From Saccostrea echinata (taxonomy: Eukaryota), in assembly GCF_033153115.1 (NCBI RefSeq), contig NW_026889783.1, positions 1,922,001-1,986,000 of the forward strand: a DNA stretch of 64,000 bases, in the 5' to 3' direction. The first letter of the stretch is position 1; every line of letters starts with the position of its first letter. This document shows positions 1 through 13,031 of the stretch, one piece after another. The notes beneath the pieces are model-generated. The model saw nothing but the letters and a program-made list of their open reading frames with translations. It was not told where the DNA came from and did no database searches. The position numbers and the translations under genes are program-made.

Positions 1-259
1 TGAGAGTGGCGGGGTCCTTTTTAATCCATTCCAGATCCAAAACCGTTTGCTAGGCATCCAAAGGAAATTAGTTTTAGGAATCTCCTAAAAGCAATTAAAT
101 ATGTGTTTTTCTTTAATCCAATGTTGATAACATGAAAATACCTATCTAAATATAGTTTTCGAGTTAAACAGCACTGAAACTTGTCATTACAAATAGAAAT
201 ATTACCTACCCCTCCCCAATATTTTATTAAATTTAAAAAAAATGAAGAAAAAAAATCAC

Positions 260-3200
260 CTTGATAAGGGGGATAGCAGTCACAAAACACATCTGTATCG
301 TTTGCTTGGATGCAGTCCCCATTTCTGTTACAGAATGGACAGGAAGGTTCCACGGAGGTACTAGAATTACCTATAAACAAAGTCTATCAATTTCAATTTT
401 TTTAAATATATCAGAAATGTTAGAATAATTACGTTTGGTTGAAACATACATTTGAACTAATTATTAGATTTCACGGAATTGTATATTTATTTTCAAAACT
501 GATTTTCGAAAACGTATAGTATATATAGGAATAATTGGGCCATCGTGTTTGATTACAACTGTAATTAATGAAGTATGAAAAGGCAATGAAACCTGGACAT
601 TTTTATAATTAGGATCTGGCCTATAATCGGCAGAAGTACGATAAAGAACCATAAAACACACGAGACATTATACAGGACATCCCCATTCCTTAGTGACCAG
701 TACAGGCCATTAAATAAAGGGAGTAGGTGACAGAAGGAAAATCGATGTATTTATTGTGGGTTTGGGTGAGTCAATTTATTACCACCATTCATCTCTCTAG
801 TTCTCATTCATGGAAGGTAAATATTCGGTCCGAATACACCAGGCTTTTCATCCCCACTAGTACCATTTATTTTTTTTTTCACAATGTACGGGAATGCTTT
901 TATTGATATTATTCTTTTAATACATTGAAATGGAGAAGAATTTGCTATTCATAATTGTTACGTAACGGTGTATTGTTTTGCTTCCGTAATTGATTATCCA
1001 AGTTCTATTAGAAAGGAAATTTTGTATTTGTTTTTAGATCAAAGAATATGGTCTGAACACATACCGTCTTGACATTCGTATTCCTGGTTTGGTAACGGAA
1101 TGCACTCCATCCCTACAGGGCACGGGCCGACTACACAGTTGTCCACAAACTCGCACCTGTCACCTGCAAAATTATTCCTATACCAAAGAACTAGTTATTT
1201 GAATCAAGGATACGAACAAGTTCATAAAATAAAGAGTTTTTAATTTTATAGGCTTCACTCTATATAGTCACTCTTTTTTTAATGGTTTTTATTCTACGAG
1301 ATTTGCACATCCAAGTATAGATGCATGCTAGTCAATGTACGTATGTGAGCAAACTTGGTAGTAGGAATATTGAAGAACAGTTGAAAATCTATCGATACTT
1401 AACAAGTTCATGACTAGAAATATGTCCATAGGATATGAATGCCTCGCCCAAGGTACATTTGTATTGCAACGGTAAAAAAGAACCTTCCTTCTTTGGTCTG
1501 AGATTGATTCATGACAGTTACATAAAGCCTCATTATTTCAAACTACTTTCATTATTTCACATTTAATAAAGTTATATATGATCCCTTATGTATATATGGT
1601 AAAAATGCTTTTACAGAGCTTTATCGATGCATAGGATTTTCTATAGTAATCTTTTATGGAATTAAATAAGATGAAATAAAAGCTGAAAAGCTAATTGTAA
1701 AATTCAAGGTCATACGGAAGGTCAAGATCAATAAAATTTTGACACACTATAATTACTTTCACCACTTTGTATCAGTACAAACGTTTGGTGAAAATATCTT
1801 GAACACTTTTTTGAAACTTCAATATAACTGCAAAATGAAGGAAGAGTGAAGTCAAGGTCATAAAAAAGGTCAGGGTAAGATAATGATGACACAGTTGCAT
1901 TGCTCTCACTAATATGTACATATTTATTAATATATGAAGTTTGGTTAAAAATTCTTCAACAGTAAACTCCAAGGTCATGAAATGGTCAAAGTCAAAAGGA
2001 AGGTCAAGGTCAGAAAATTATGGCACAGTTGAATAGTTTTCACCAATTTGTATAAGTGTATGAAGTTTGATGAAAATGTTAGAACAGTTTCTTCTAAACT
2101 GTGCTAATTGCAAAACAATCAATAGTGAGGTCTAGGTCATAAAGAAGATCAAGGTCAAACATGTTGACACAGTTGAGTAAGTCTAATAAAATTGTATCTT
2201 TGAATGAAGTTTGATGAAAATACAGTTTATTTTAAACTAAGATAAATGCAAAATGACAAATAATGCGTCAGGGTCATGGGGAAGGTCAAGTTCAGGAAAA
2301 TTATGAGGCAATTGATTAATCCCCACAAATATGTATTAGTGTATGAAGTTTGATTGTCAGTTTGATGAAAATACATGCATGTTAACACTTACACTACTCT
2401 GTGCTACATGCAAAATAAGTAATCGTGAAGTCAAGGTAATATTGAAGGACAAGGTCAGAAAATTATATAGAACCAAAATGTATCAGAGTTTTGATAAAGG
2501 TATCTAGAATGGTTACTTTGAAACTGAGCAAAATGAAATTAAGAAAAGTCAGGTCAAGGTCACAGGGGACAGTTTCTTTGAAACTGAGCTAAACACAAAG
2601 TGTGACGGATTGACAGGTGGAAGGACGAGAAAATACTATATGCCCCGGTCATATTTATGTTTGGTCATAAAAATTGTAACAAAATGTAGAATGTAACAAT
2701 AACTTATATCTAAATTGTATTAGGCCTTAAAACGTTCTTTGCAAAATTATAAATAAATAAATAAATTTTACTCTTCTTTTCTCGTCGTCACCCTAAAAAA
2801 TTCAAAGAACGATCAGGAACTACACGCCATCACCTGTGAACAATAATTCATGAAGTGAAAATGAATTTATGATTATCTTTTTTACAATTTATGAAAGACA
2901 CCCTATTATATGTCACATTTCGATCTTGAAAGTTAAACAGGTCGAAATGAGGACAAGACAAAGGGCATGAAACAATGAATCAAAACTCTGGAATAAGAAA
3001 ATAATCAAGAGAAAGCAAACCCCCCCCCCCCAAAAAAAAAATCAAAAGTCAAGAAGAGTCGAGATAACAAATTTCAAAAAGGATCGTTTCAACTGTCACT
3101 CCTATCGACTAAGTTGTCTAGAAGTTAAAGTTACAAATAGATTATTATAGAATTTCTTAAATTGCAAAACTTTAATGTAACAATTAGATGCCATTTGGAT

Positions 3201-5396
3201 TCGTGTACTTTACTGCACTCTCAGTAAGCCCCACCTCCCCAAAAAGCTTTGTTTCTTACAAGGCGTCTAGCTTCTAACTGAAAAATGTGATACTGAAAGG
3301 AAAAATAGAAATCTTCATTATTGAATAAAACAAAATTCCATCAAAGACATTAAGCATTGAATTGGGCACCAGTTACACGAAACTTATTTACACCCTTTAT
3401 ATCATGGCCACATCAGTAATACATTGATCTCCGGACGAATACTCACTCACTTACTAGACGATTATTCTATCCACAGGCTATGGAATAAACGCGTGTAAAT
3501 TCTGCACATATTTAATTGGTACAGTACAGTCTTGATTTCTATGACATTGTATTGATTTTTTAAGTCGTAATTTGGAAGTGAAAGAGAAACTTTCTGCAGA
3601 CATTTCTTTGGTCAATATTGGTACAGTACAGTATATATTTCTCTTAATTACTAATTTCTCTGACATTGTGTAGATTTATTAAGCCGTAATTTTTTAGTGA
3701 AAGAGAAAACTTTCTGCAAACAACATTTCTTTATCCAATATTATAGACGTATACTTAATCCCTCAATCCCCCTTCATTTATACATTGCCTTGTTCCAACA
3801 AGAGTTACTTTACAATAATTTTAATCAGACGGCATTGTTTTCCAATAGAAGAATGTTTTATCAATACAGATGAAACAATTCAATGCTCCTCCTGAATATC
3901 GCTTTATCGTCTTCACCTGTCGGTTTCCTAACATTATTCCCTTATTGGTGAGATTTTCACACCGTCGACATTTAAGAGAATTGTGTTTATAACTCAAACC
4001 AATATTATATTTCTCAGTGGTTTCTCTCCAACATATTCAATTTAATCGGATAAAATATGAAACACGAAATGATTACAAATGTTCTTCATTGAAATAATTA
4101 ATTTTTGCACTAAACTTGCTATTCAATTTTTTTAATTATGTGTTAGTTAATGTGACGTCGCTTCATAAATAGTATAACGTAGAACTGAGGAGAGGTGGTT
4201 AAATATATATTAATATAACTAAATTCTGTACAGTCCGCAAAGAAAATCGAGAAACGTTTTTGACCTTGAACATGCAGGATGTTTGATTTGTATAATTCTG
4301 CTTTTTTCATAAATCTTCAAACCACAGAACCAACATCCATTTATGTGTTTTGTTTTTGTTTAATTATACCTGTAATATTTTTATCTGTATGACGACATTT
4401 CTACTATGGAAGAGGGCTTATATAGGCAGTGTGCCTTCTGCCCAATCCTATATGTATATAATATAAATAATATTGTTTAATCTAAATACATGCATACAGA
4501 AAATACCTCAGCCTCGAGTAAGAATGATAATGTATGAGAAAAACTGTTAACTTTCAAAAAATATTTTGTTTAAAATGTTTAATTACATCATGCATATATA
4601 AACATGTATGTTAATCTGAAAACTTACCAAAGAATCCGGGAAGACAAAGGCATTCTGATTGATTCCGGGCGCATGCGCCGTTAGAGTTGCAGAACTCGCA
4701 GATTTCTATTGCGTCCGTCACGGGAGAGGAAGAAGAAGAAGAACTTAGGATAAATGTTGGAGAGGTGGAGGATGGGATGATGATGGAAGACTGAGGAAGT
4801 GTCGTTGGTTTGGACGACGCAGTGCTTGATGAGAAGCTCAGTGTTGAAGATGCAGTAGACATATCTGTTTTCGTCACGAACGCATCGTCGTCAACGGTAG
4901 ACACAAAATGCGTCGAATGTGGCACAAAATCCGTATTATTTTGTATTTCAGAAATGGCGTCGTCATTTTTATCTGTAGTTAAAACCAAGGAACTGTCCGT
5001 TGTAGATATATGCAGATGATCTGTACGTGAGTTATCTTTTGAATTGTCCGTTGTAGTTGTGAGCTGGGGGTCATCTGTTGAAGTTTCAGGCAAAGGACTG
5101 TCATTTGAGCTTTCTGTTGTAATAACAAGCTGCGAAGCGTCGTTTTTGCTGCCTATTGGACTCTCAAGGGTAGCCGTTGTTGTAAAAGACGTTGGATCTG
5201 CAGTACTCTCGCCGTCGTGGGTAGACATCGACGGTGATATGTCGTCATCATTTCCTGTCGCGTTGACGCCTATCGTCAATACATTATCATCATCCGTGCC
5301 TGCTGCCTCATTAAGTTGAAGAGTCTCTGTCCACACTATCGATACACAGATGACCACTATTGCTGGGATAGTTAGAATATTTCGTTTGTTAAGCAT
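260..5396 (-). CDS. Signal peptide + Ser/Thr-rich mucin-like region + EGF-like repeats; 5' part of gene, continues off the left edge
   Basis: Coding exons 5396-4628, 1163-1065 and 370-260, all with GT-AG and phase-1 junctions. Hydrophobic N-terminus (ILTIPAIVVICVSIVWT), then about 200 aa rich in S/T/D. EGF-like Cys motifs follow: CEFCNSNGAC...CLCLPGFFG|DRC, CVVGPCPVGMEC...YEC and CPFCNRNGDC...CDCYPPYQG. No stop is reached within the window model. Confidence 0.75.
1413..2673. mobile_element. Non-autonomous Helentron/HINE-like element with internal ~140-160 bp tandem repeats
   Basis: About 6-7 diverged monomers marked by GTCAAGGTCA..AAGGTCAAGGTCA (near 1703, 1851, 1970, 2130, 2267, 2430, 2548). 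A GACGG/GACAG microsatellite remnant lies near 2604-2625. Ends are ACTAG... and ...CATAAAAA. The layout resembles bivalve satellite-carrying Helentron derivatives. Confidence 0.6.
3515..3731. repeat. Two-copy tandem duplication (~100-115 bp)
   Basis: ATTGGTACAGTACAGT...TGACATTGT...GTGAAAGAGAAACTTTCTGCA..CATTTCTT occurs twice in tandem. Confidence 0.75.
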
Positions 5397-5573
5397 CCTG
5401 GTTGCATTCTGTAGACGACTTTACCTGTTAAGGTGAAACAATCAAATTAGATGGAATGTCTGATCAACCAATTCATCAGAGTAAACCACAAAATTAAGCA
5501 ATGAACATTTAATCAACATGTTCTATTACCAACTAGTGAAATAAGTACATTCAGATTATATATTTTTTCGTAA

Positions 5574-5599
5574 TCTCTCTCTCTCTCTCTCTCTCTCTC
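5574..5599. repeat. (CT)n microsatellite
   Basis: Directly visible. Confidence 0.95.
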
Positions 5600-6215
5600 A
5601 TGTAACAGTTAAATAATAACATACATTATTCAATTACCTGTAACCCAATTATTTTCTACTAATTTTACTGATATAATATTTTTAATGCTTTCAGTGTTAT
5701 GTTTCTGGCATGCAAATATTCACATAGCGTATAATGGACAAGACAACAAATGTCTGTCCGTGTCGTGGTTGGCCTTACTAAGTACTAAGAGATGGAAAGG
5801 CTATTTAAGAAGCATTAATAGGATTCATGACACGAGTTATTCACCAACAGACAAGAACAACAAAGCCAACCTGAATATTTCCCTATCACTGTCAATATCA
5901 ACTGATCACTTTCCTGGGCGATTCATCGAACTGACCAAGGGAAGGGCGGCAAATTGACATCTTTATAGGGAGACCATGATCGGGCGATGCCACTGCGGTA
6001 AGGGACAGTGTCCGAAATTATTCTACTGGTCAATCACTACTGGTCAATTACTAATGGTGTCCTTACAGAGTGTCCGAAGCAACCTTGTAACATTATGTGT
6101 AAAATTATTCTTCAGCAAAGTTTCTTTTGTTAAAACGTTAGCACATAACTACACATGATCATGATTCCTGCATGATTGCGTTCTAACTTCCGAATCCAGG
6201 TTTTGAACAAAATGA

Positions 6216-6218
<3 letters not shown>

Positions 6219-6298
<80 letters not shown>
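6219..6298. repeat. (TA)n microsatellite, about 40 units
   Basis: Directly visible. Confidence 0.95.
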
Positions 6299-6301
<3 letters not shown>

Positions 6302-7789
6302 AACGCTTAAATAAATGAATATTTAAAAAAAAATAGAATCAAAGCTCTACAAAAAGGAGACAGGATACAAATTCCAATTCAATATGACAGTATTTGAATA
6401 AACATAGTAGCCTGTGACCGATTTTTGTGACATGGCATTTACACATATAAACTAAGATATCTTTCGTTTCTAAACCAACAGTGCGACGCATAAGGGTGGG
6501 TCATACGACGGTATGTAGATGGTAAGTGATTGCAAAACACATTTTAGTTGTTCCGTGACCACAGATGATTCACGCAGGAGTGGGTTTTTTCAATGCTTTT
6601 ATTATTGCTGTGAATTCAGACATAGATTGTATCTCCTCAAACTCAGCACCTGTGGCTACGACATTTAGTCCTAAGCCATTTTATTTTCTTATAATTTACA
6701 CAAATATTATTGTATTAAAATCACTCAATATTTTTTCACTTCTTTTCTTTGTTTCCATCTTCTTTAAAACCATACATATGTGTCAAAAGGCTAATTAATT
6801 AACCGATCAAAATGACACACACTATAATCAATGTATATTAAATTTTAACTCAAGTTTATATCATGATCAGCTTACCTAGATTGATTTCCGTAAATCACCT
6901 GGCGATTCGTGTAAGGTCCACTACCCCCTGAGTGTCACAAGTGATTGGCTGATCTGAATAGTGGTTCGTCCACCATCAAAACAAAATACCAAACTTTTCT
7001 TATTTATGCGACAACCGCTCAGGGCATACTTCTGCATTGCGGAATCAATTGTTGAAAATATGGTTAATTATCACAAACTCGAACCCTTTTGGCAACATGT
7101 ACTCGATGGTCTTTATTCTAAACGACACGATTAAGGTATATACATTTCTTTTCGACTACTTTCAGCATGTTTAGAGAATTGGACAGTCTACAATTTGTTC
7201 CTTGCGTTTGTTAAGAGCGACATTCGTGCCGTCTTTTATTTGAATCGATTTATCAGATGCTTTATATATGATTTTAAACATTCAAATAAGATACGGTGCA
7301 TTTGCATATTACGATGCCTTGTCATTTGTTACTATTTGCACGAATAGTTTAGTTTGTAGTTTTTAAACTGGTAAAGATTTACATGTATCTAGAAGAAAAA
7401 TATGTATACATTTACACTTAAATTACGGATTGGCAGTCGTGCAAGAGTTAGTATGGTTACATTTTGTAAAATGACAAAGTAACATAACACACAGAGTTGG
7501 GAACTGTCAAAATCAGTCATCGTCGGAAACTCATCATTAGATTAACACTGCTGTCCTTAAACCCACCATTAATGATTGAAGAAAGGAAATGTACGCTTTC
7601 TGGGGTCTACATCTATTAGAAATTATAATCACTTTTGGGTTGAAATGTTCACATTGTACAATAATATCTGAAGAACACGATCGTGAAAGTACTACAATAA
7701 AGACTCCGTCAAAACAAATATCTTTAATATACACGTTATTTTGGATTTCCATCATTATAATTGTGCATTTATACCCCTGTAACCTTGAT

Positions 7790-9885
7790 CCTCTTGGAGA
7801 GACTTATATGGCATAGTGCTTTATCTGAAATATGTCTCACTGAAAATGAAGTCTATGATCAATTAAGTATCATTGATAACAGTAAACCAACTGGTCCTGA
7901 TGGTATTTCCCCAAGAGTGTTGAAAGAAATAGCTACTTCAATTATAAACCCTCTGGCAAATTTCTTTAACAGGTCACTAAGTGAAAAAAAAGTTGCCAGA
8001 TATTTGGAAACTATCACTGTTTACACCCGTATTTAATAATAAAGGCAGCGCGCAAGAAGTATCAAATTATAGACCAATATCCCTTATAAAGTGTCTCGTG
8101 TAAAATAATGGAAAAATATTGTTTAAACATGAATGACAATAATGTTATTTACAAATGCGTATCCGTCAGGTTTCCAACCTGGGGACTCAACCGTTGATCA
8201 ACTAGTAGAAATATACATTACTATAATTTCCAGTCTTGACAAAGGAAAAGATGTCAGATCTATTTTTTGTGATATCTCAAAAGCATTTTATAAAGTTTGG
8301 AATTGAGTTGTTTTTATATGAACTAAAAAAAATATGGTATTAGTGGTAAAATATTAGGTTGGATTGAAAATTATTTGTGTGATAGACAACAAAAAGTTGT
8401 AATTGATTGTTTTTCATCAAACCATGAAACAGTAAATGCTGGTGTTCCTCAGGTTTCTGTTCTGGAACCATTTCTATTCGTTTTGTACATAAACGATATT
8501 TGTGATGAATTTAGTTATATAATAATATGTGCCTTTTTGCTGATGACACCTCCGTATATGCTATTGTAGAAAACAAAGCCACAATTCACCGTCGCTCTCT
8601 AGCGATCTAGAACTTACTGATAAATGGTAAAAAAAAGGCTTGTTGATTTTAATCCAAACTAAACTGTTTTTAGTCGAAAAAACATAAGTAATATATCCCC
8701 CTATTAAATTTGGGAAACATGGCCCACACATTATTCAGAATATATCTCATACCCACTTAGGTTTTACATTTTCAAAGAGATGCTACCTGGACATTGAATA
8801 TACAATCAATTCATGAAAAAGCTACAAAAAGATTACATATCCTCAGAATGCTTAAATATACGGTTATGAGAAAAACACTTGTAAACATATATTTTGTATT
8901 TATTAGACCTGTTTGGAATATTCTGACGTTGTTTGTAACAATTGCTCCGAAAAAGACTACACTTTTCAAAAGATATTCAAGTTGAAGCAGGTAGAATTAT
9001 CATTACTGGATTAAGATGCAACTCCTCTCGATCAAAATTGTGTGCAAACAAGGAGGAAGGTTCATAAATTGATACAATTTTATAAAATTATAAATGGTTA
9101 TTCACCTCGATACTTGTATGACTTGATCGACCTTTATCGTCCATCAAATCACTCCTACATGTATAACCTGAGAGAGAACAAATGATACACAATTCAAAAT
9201 TCCTCACATTAGAAGTACATCATACATGGAGAGTTTCCTGCCAACAGTTAAACAGTGGAATTACTTGCCAGACTATATTAGAAATGCTTCTGGAATATAT
9301 TCATTCAAGAGTCTTTTTAATTCTTATTTTTGTAAAAAAAAGGTAAACAACTTTTTCACTTTGGAATAAGAAAGTATAATATAATACTATTGTCAGTTAA
9401 GAAATAATGCAAGTAATTTGATGACAGACTTATATAAGCAATGTTTATCAGAAACGCCAATGTATGAACACTGTATTTATTCTGTTGAAGATGCTTACCA
9501 TTACTTTTTTGCTTGTTTAGAATATAAATCTTCTAGAGATGTACTCTTCCAAACAATCCAAAATATTATTGATTTTGATCAGATCTCTGAACTTGAATTA
9601 TTATTTGGTAGTCCTGATCATGGACTCTGTATTAATATTCAAATATTTGAAGCAATACATGCTTACACAGCAGCAACAAAACGTTTTATTTGAACACTGG
9701 CATGTATGACTTTCGTCAATATTTCCAAACAGGTACTTCATTGTAACCCCCCCCCCCTTGTTTCCTTGTTTCTTTTCCACAATGTTTGTATAATTATAGT
9801 ATTATACCTGTATAGTGTGTCTTTACCTTGACCTTGTTGTAGGGAGAGCCATCCACTTTTTGTGAATAAAATTATGAAAATTAAA
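7790..9885 (+). mobile_element. 5'-truncated, frameshifted non-LTR retrotransposon (CR1/L2-group LINE) reverse transcriptase region
   Basis: Motifs appear in order across shifting frames: KPTGPDGISPRVLKE, NYRPISL, FCDISKAF, AGVPQVSVLEPFLF (from GVPQGSVLGP), FADDT, and C-terminal EDAYHYFFAC. AATAAA and an A-rich end lie near 9865-9885. There are many stops and frameshifts; the boundaries are approximate. Confidence 0.9.
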
Positions 9886-11321
9886 TATAGTATATAGGCA
9901 TAGTGCCTCATGTCCAGTGCAATTATGTAAAGTGTCTTTACATAATAAAATTTTGATTTTAATTAAAAATCGTGCATTACTCAAGAAATTGAAAGTCCAA
10001 AAGGTTTCAATGGCCCCTTCAGATTAGAACTTCCTGGTAAATTATATCGGAGTTTGTACTCTACGGTTGTTAGAGCAAATTATGGAATTTCAGTGACAGT
10101 AATTCAAAATTTCGTGAAAGCTTTCGAACAAATTAAACAGTAATATTTTGCCAGTATATACAATACATAATTAGAATTGTTAATTTCTGATCACTTTCAG
10201 GCCCGTAGCAACGTTTTCAAAGTGTGTGTGTGTGTGGAATTGTACGGAATACAACTACATCAAATCATTTTCAGAAAAAAGGGCCCCCCACCCCCTAACT
10301 ACGGGTCTGGACTTTTTTTTAAAATTCCTTCCTATATGGGCCTGATTTACATATCCTAAGTTGCGCAGTTTTGCTTTACAGTAAACTATTGGTCGAGAAA
10401 ATCACCGAATCATTGATGCTGACCCACTTTCCCCAAACTCGGTTACTAAATCTCCATTCATGCAAGCTCTGTAATAACTCCTGCGAAAGAGAAAATTGTT
10501 TAAATAACTAGATTTCAAGTCTCTAATTACATTTTTTTTCATCCCCCTGGGGATGTATAGTCCAGGCATGCACATGTCAGTTTCTGTAATTTTAATCTCT
10601 ATTTAATATATCAAACTTCGAATTTTATAAACATATACTGATATTTTTACTATTTAAATTTAATCCATTAGTTTTAATGACAAAAATAACATATGCCTCT
10701 CTTCATTCTTGCTACGAGCCTTATGATAGATACATCATGAAATACTGCAAATTTGATGTGAATAATATATTGATATGGTATTGAATTCAACAATATATTT
10801 TTAAATAGGTTATAAAGATCTAGTATTTGAAATGCGTGCATGTTGATTAAATACTAGTCCAAAAATGTTTATAATGATTTATATTTGTTTAGTACATATC
10901 TGGTTTGTCCACAGCTGTTCAAAATGTCTAGTATGGTTTTATGCATTAGATTGTTATCATATTAGTATATACAACATATATTTATATCAACCAAAAACTT
11001 TTTTGCCTGGGTAAATTTCAAGTTTTAAATGTTGATAGTACATTACGTATAATGCATCAAGGAAACATCGTTGTTGTTGCAATTTAATTTAACGGTTAAT
11101 AACTTTTTTTCCTGCAGTAAAACGCACAATGTTGGAAACGCAATGCTGAACCCACAATGTATACTTGAAAAAAGAAAAAAAAAACTCGTGGCCACGAATT
11201 TTATTTAGTTCTCACGAATTTTATTTAGTTGAAAAAGTTTCATACGACGACCTATATACCAGTCACCATACCTTGGGTACTGCATGGATGGCAATATTGT
11301 ATACCGGTATGTTGCCTTCAA

Positions 11322-11423
11322 CAGTCAACCAGTCCGTTGTGAACCAGCCCAGTAAACATGTACAGTCAATCAACCAGCTGTGAACCAGCCTTGTCAACAT
11401 ATACAATCAACCCATTGTGAACC
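11322..11423. repeat. Short diverged tandem repeat (~3 x 35-40 bp)
   Basis: CAGTCAAC/CAATCAAC...TGTGAACCA repeated three times. Confidence 0.6.
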
Positions 11424-12029
11424 AAACTTGATCCCTTCTATTCATGAATTAGGAGTATTCTAAACAAACTTTCCTCATTGGGTTTGCCTGGAAAAAAATA
11501 AAAATGTCTGGAAACCATCTTGCCAAATTCCCCCTCCTTCCCCTTTCTTTATATATAAATACATCTTTAAGTAATTTAAGAGTATTAAAACAGACTTTGA
11601 TTGCATGGTGGCAATTATATCAAATGGATGTACCCAACGCGTAAAGTTCGATAACTTTCCACATCTTTGTGCTGTTGAAGGCCATTTAATATTTATTTCA
11701 TTTAATATTGACACTAAATATACTCCATTTAAATTTTGTACTTGATTAGATTTAATATTTCTGTTTATTATCTTCCATACTATTGAATTGACGCGTAGTC
11801 AGAAATTATTTACGAAGCAATTTCCATTATTTCCGATTTACCTTTAACGGGGCCTAGACAGATTTGAAGTTAATATATACACGGTATTTTCTCAAATTTT
11901 CTGTACAATATCCTGACTTATATTTTGCTATAGCATTTCACACGGAAATATAATAAAAACTTATTTTATCTGGAAATAATTGAAACTATGAATTCCGGGA
12001 CGCGTTTAATTGACACAATGATCAAAGAT

Positions 12030-12590
12030 GTCTACATAAAATTGAAACTCTGTTGCATTTTTATGAACCCGGCCAAAAGAAAATTTGGAAATAAAAAGTG
12101 GCTCACTAAACACAGCAAACGTCATACGATTGCTTAATTAACATGATAAGACAACAAGGAAAGTTCTGTAAGCGATTTTATTTCATTTTAACAGGGTAGT
12201 CGCTCGAGTGCTGTTGCAGAATTGTAACTAAAGTTGTTTACGTATGATATTGTCAAAAACATTACAGGAATAGAAGACCGAAGTCAGGAATGAGGGGGAT
12301 TATATAATCTAAGAGAGGGATTATATAATCTTTTACGTGATAATGCCCCAGCACACATTGCCAAGTTCACAGGACTTCTTTAATGGAATGATGATAATGG
12401 AATTTAGCAACTGGATCACCCTCCTTATTCACCAGATTTATCACCATGTGACTTTTTCTTATTCCTAAATTGATTTCTTTTTTACCTGGACCCCGTTTCC
12501 ATTACCGTTCTGCAACAGGTTCAGCACTGTATCAGTGTCTGAGAGTATACCTCTTTCGGACTATAGAATTATTGTATCGAAGAAGTCTCA
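12030..12590 (+). pseudogene. Degenerate mariner (DD34D) transposase fragment
   Basis: Translation gives ETLLHFYEP (about 12044, from DETWVHFYEP), LLRDNAPAHIA (about 12330) and LDHPPYSPDLSPCDFFLF (about 12411-12464). These are the classic mariner HDNARPH and YSPDLAP-D motifs, broken by stops and frameshifts. Confidence 0.85.
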
Positions 12591-12825
12591 CTATTTAATG
12601 ACTAGCCCTAATATTATTCCAAATCCATTATTTGCAATGAGGGTGTCGGTCCCTCTCCGTTATTACTGTAATGTATAAAACAGTTACAAGGTACTGGTAC
12701 TCATCTCCTCTATTTCACTGTTAATATTAACATTAGATTCAATAAGAGAGAAAATGCAATGCACCAAGAAAGAAAACAACCCAGAGGAAATAATGTACTC
12801 AAATATTTTTTTCTCATTTGCCGAT

Positions 12826-12907
12826 ACCACAACTGGTAGAGCACCTGAGTAAAGAGGTCCAGTTTAATGACAATCTGGTGTGCTTTATACTCCCATTTCC
12901 TGTAACA
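12826..12907 (+). mobile_element. Degenerate tRNA-derived SINE fragment
   Basis: GGTAGAGCACCTGA..GAGGTCC...CCATTTCCTGTAACA resembles the reverse complement of 46087-46170. Confidence 0.45.
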
Positions 12908-13031
12908 AGTTCATTACAAAAAGTAAGGAATAAGAGGTGTAATCATATAAACATACTTCATGACAATTAAGTTAAACATTTATTTCAAACAATCATAATT
13001 TATCACACACATTCATTAGGAGTTAGATGTC

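Noticed and set aside
2765-2840. Candidate extra exon of the EGF gene
   Set aside because: Acceptor-like sites exist on the minus strand, but there is no convincing donor or Cys pattern, and the flanking exons already join in phase.
4810-5319. Plus-strand ORFs opposite the mucin exon (likewise 34370-34669 and 38055-38393 opposite BPTF)
   Set aside because: Antisense shadows of low-complexity coding exons, with no motifs or splice support.
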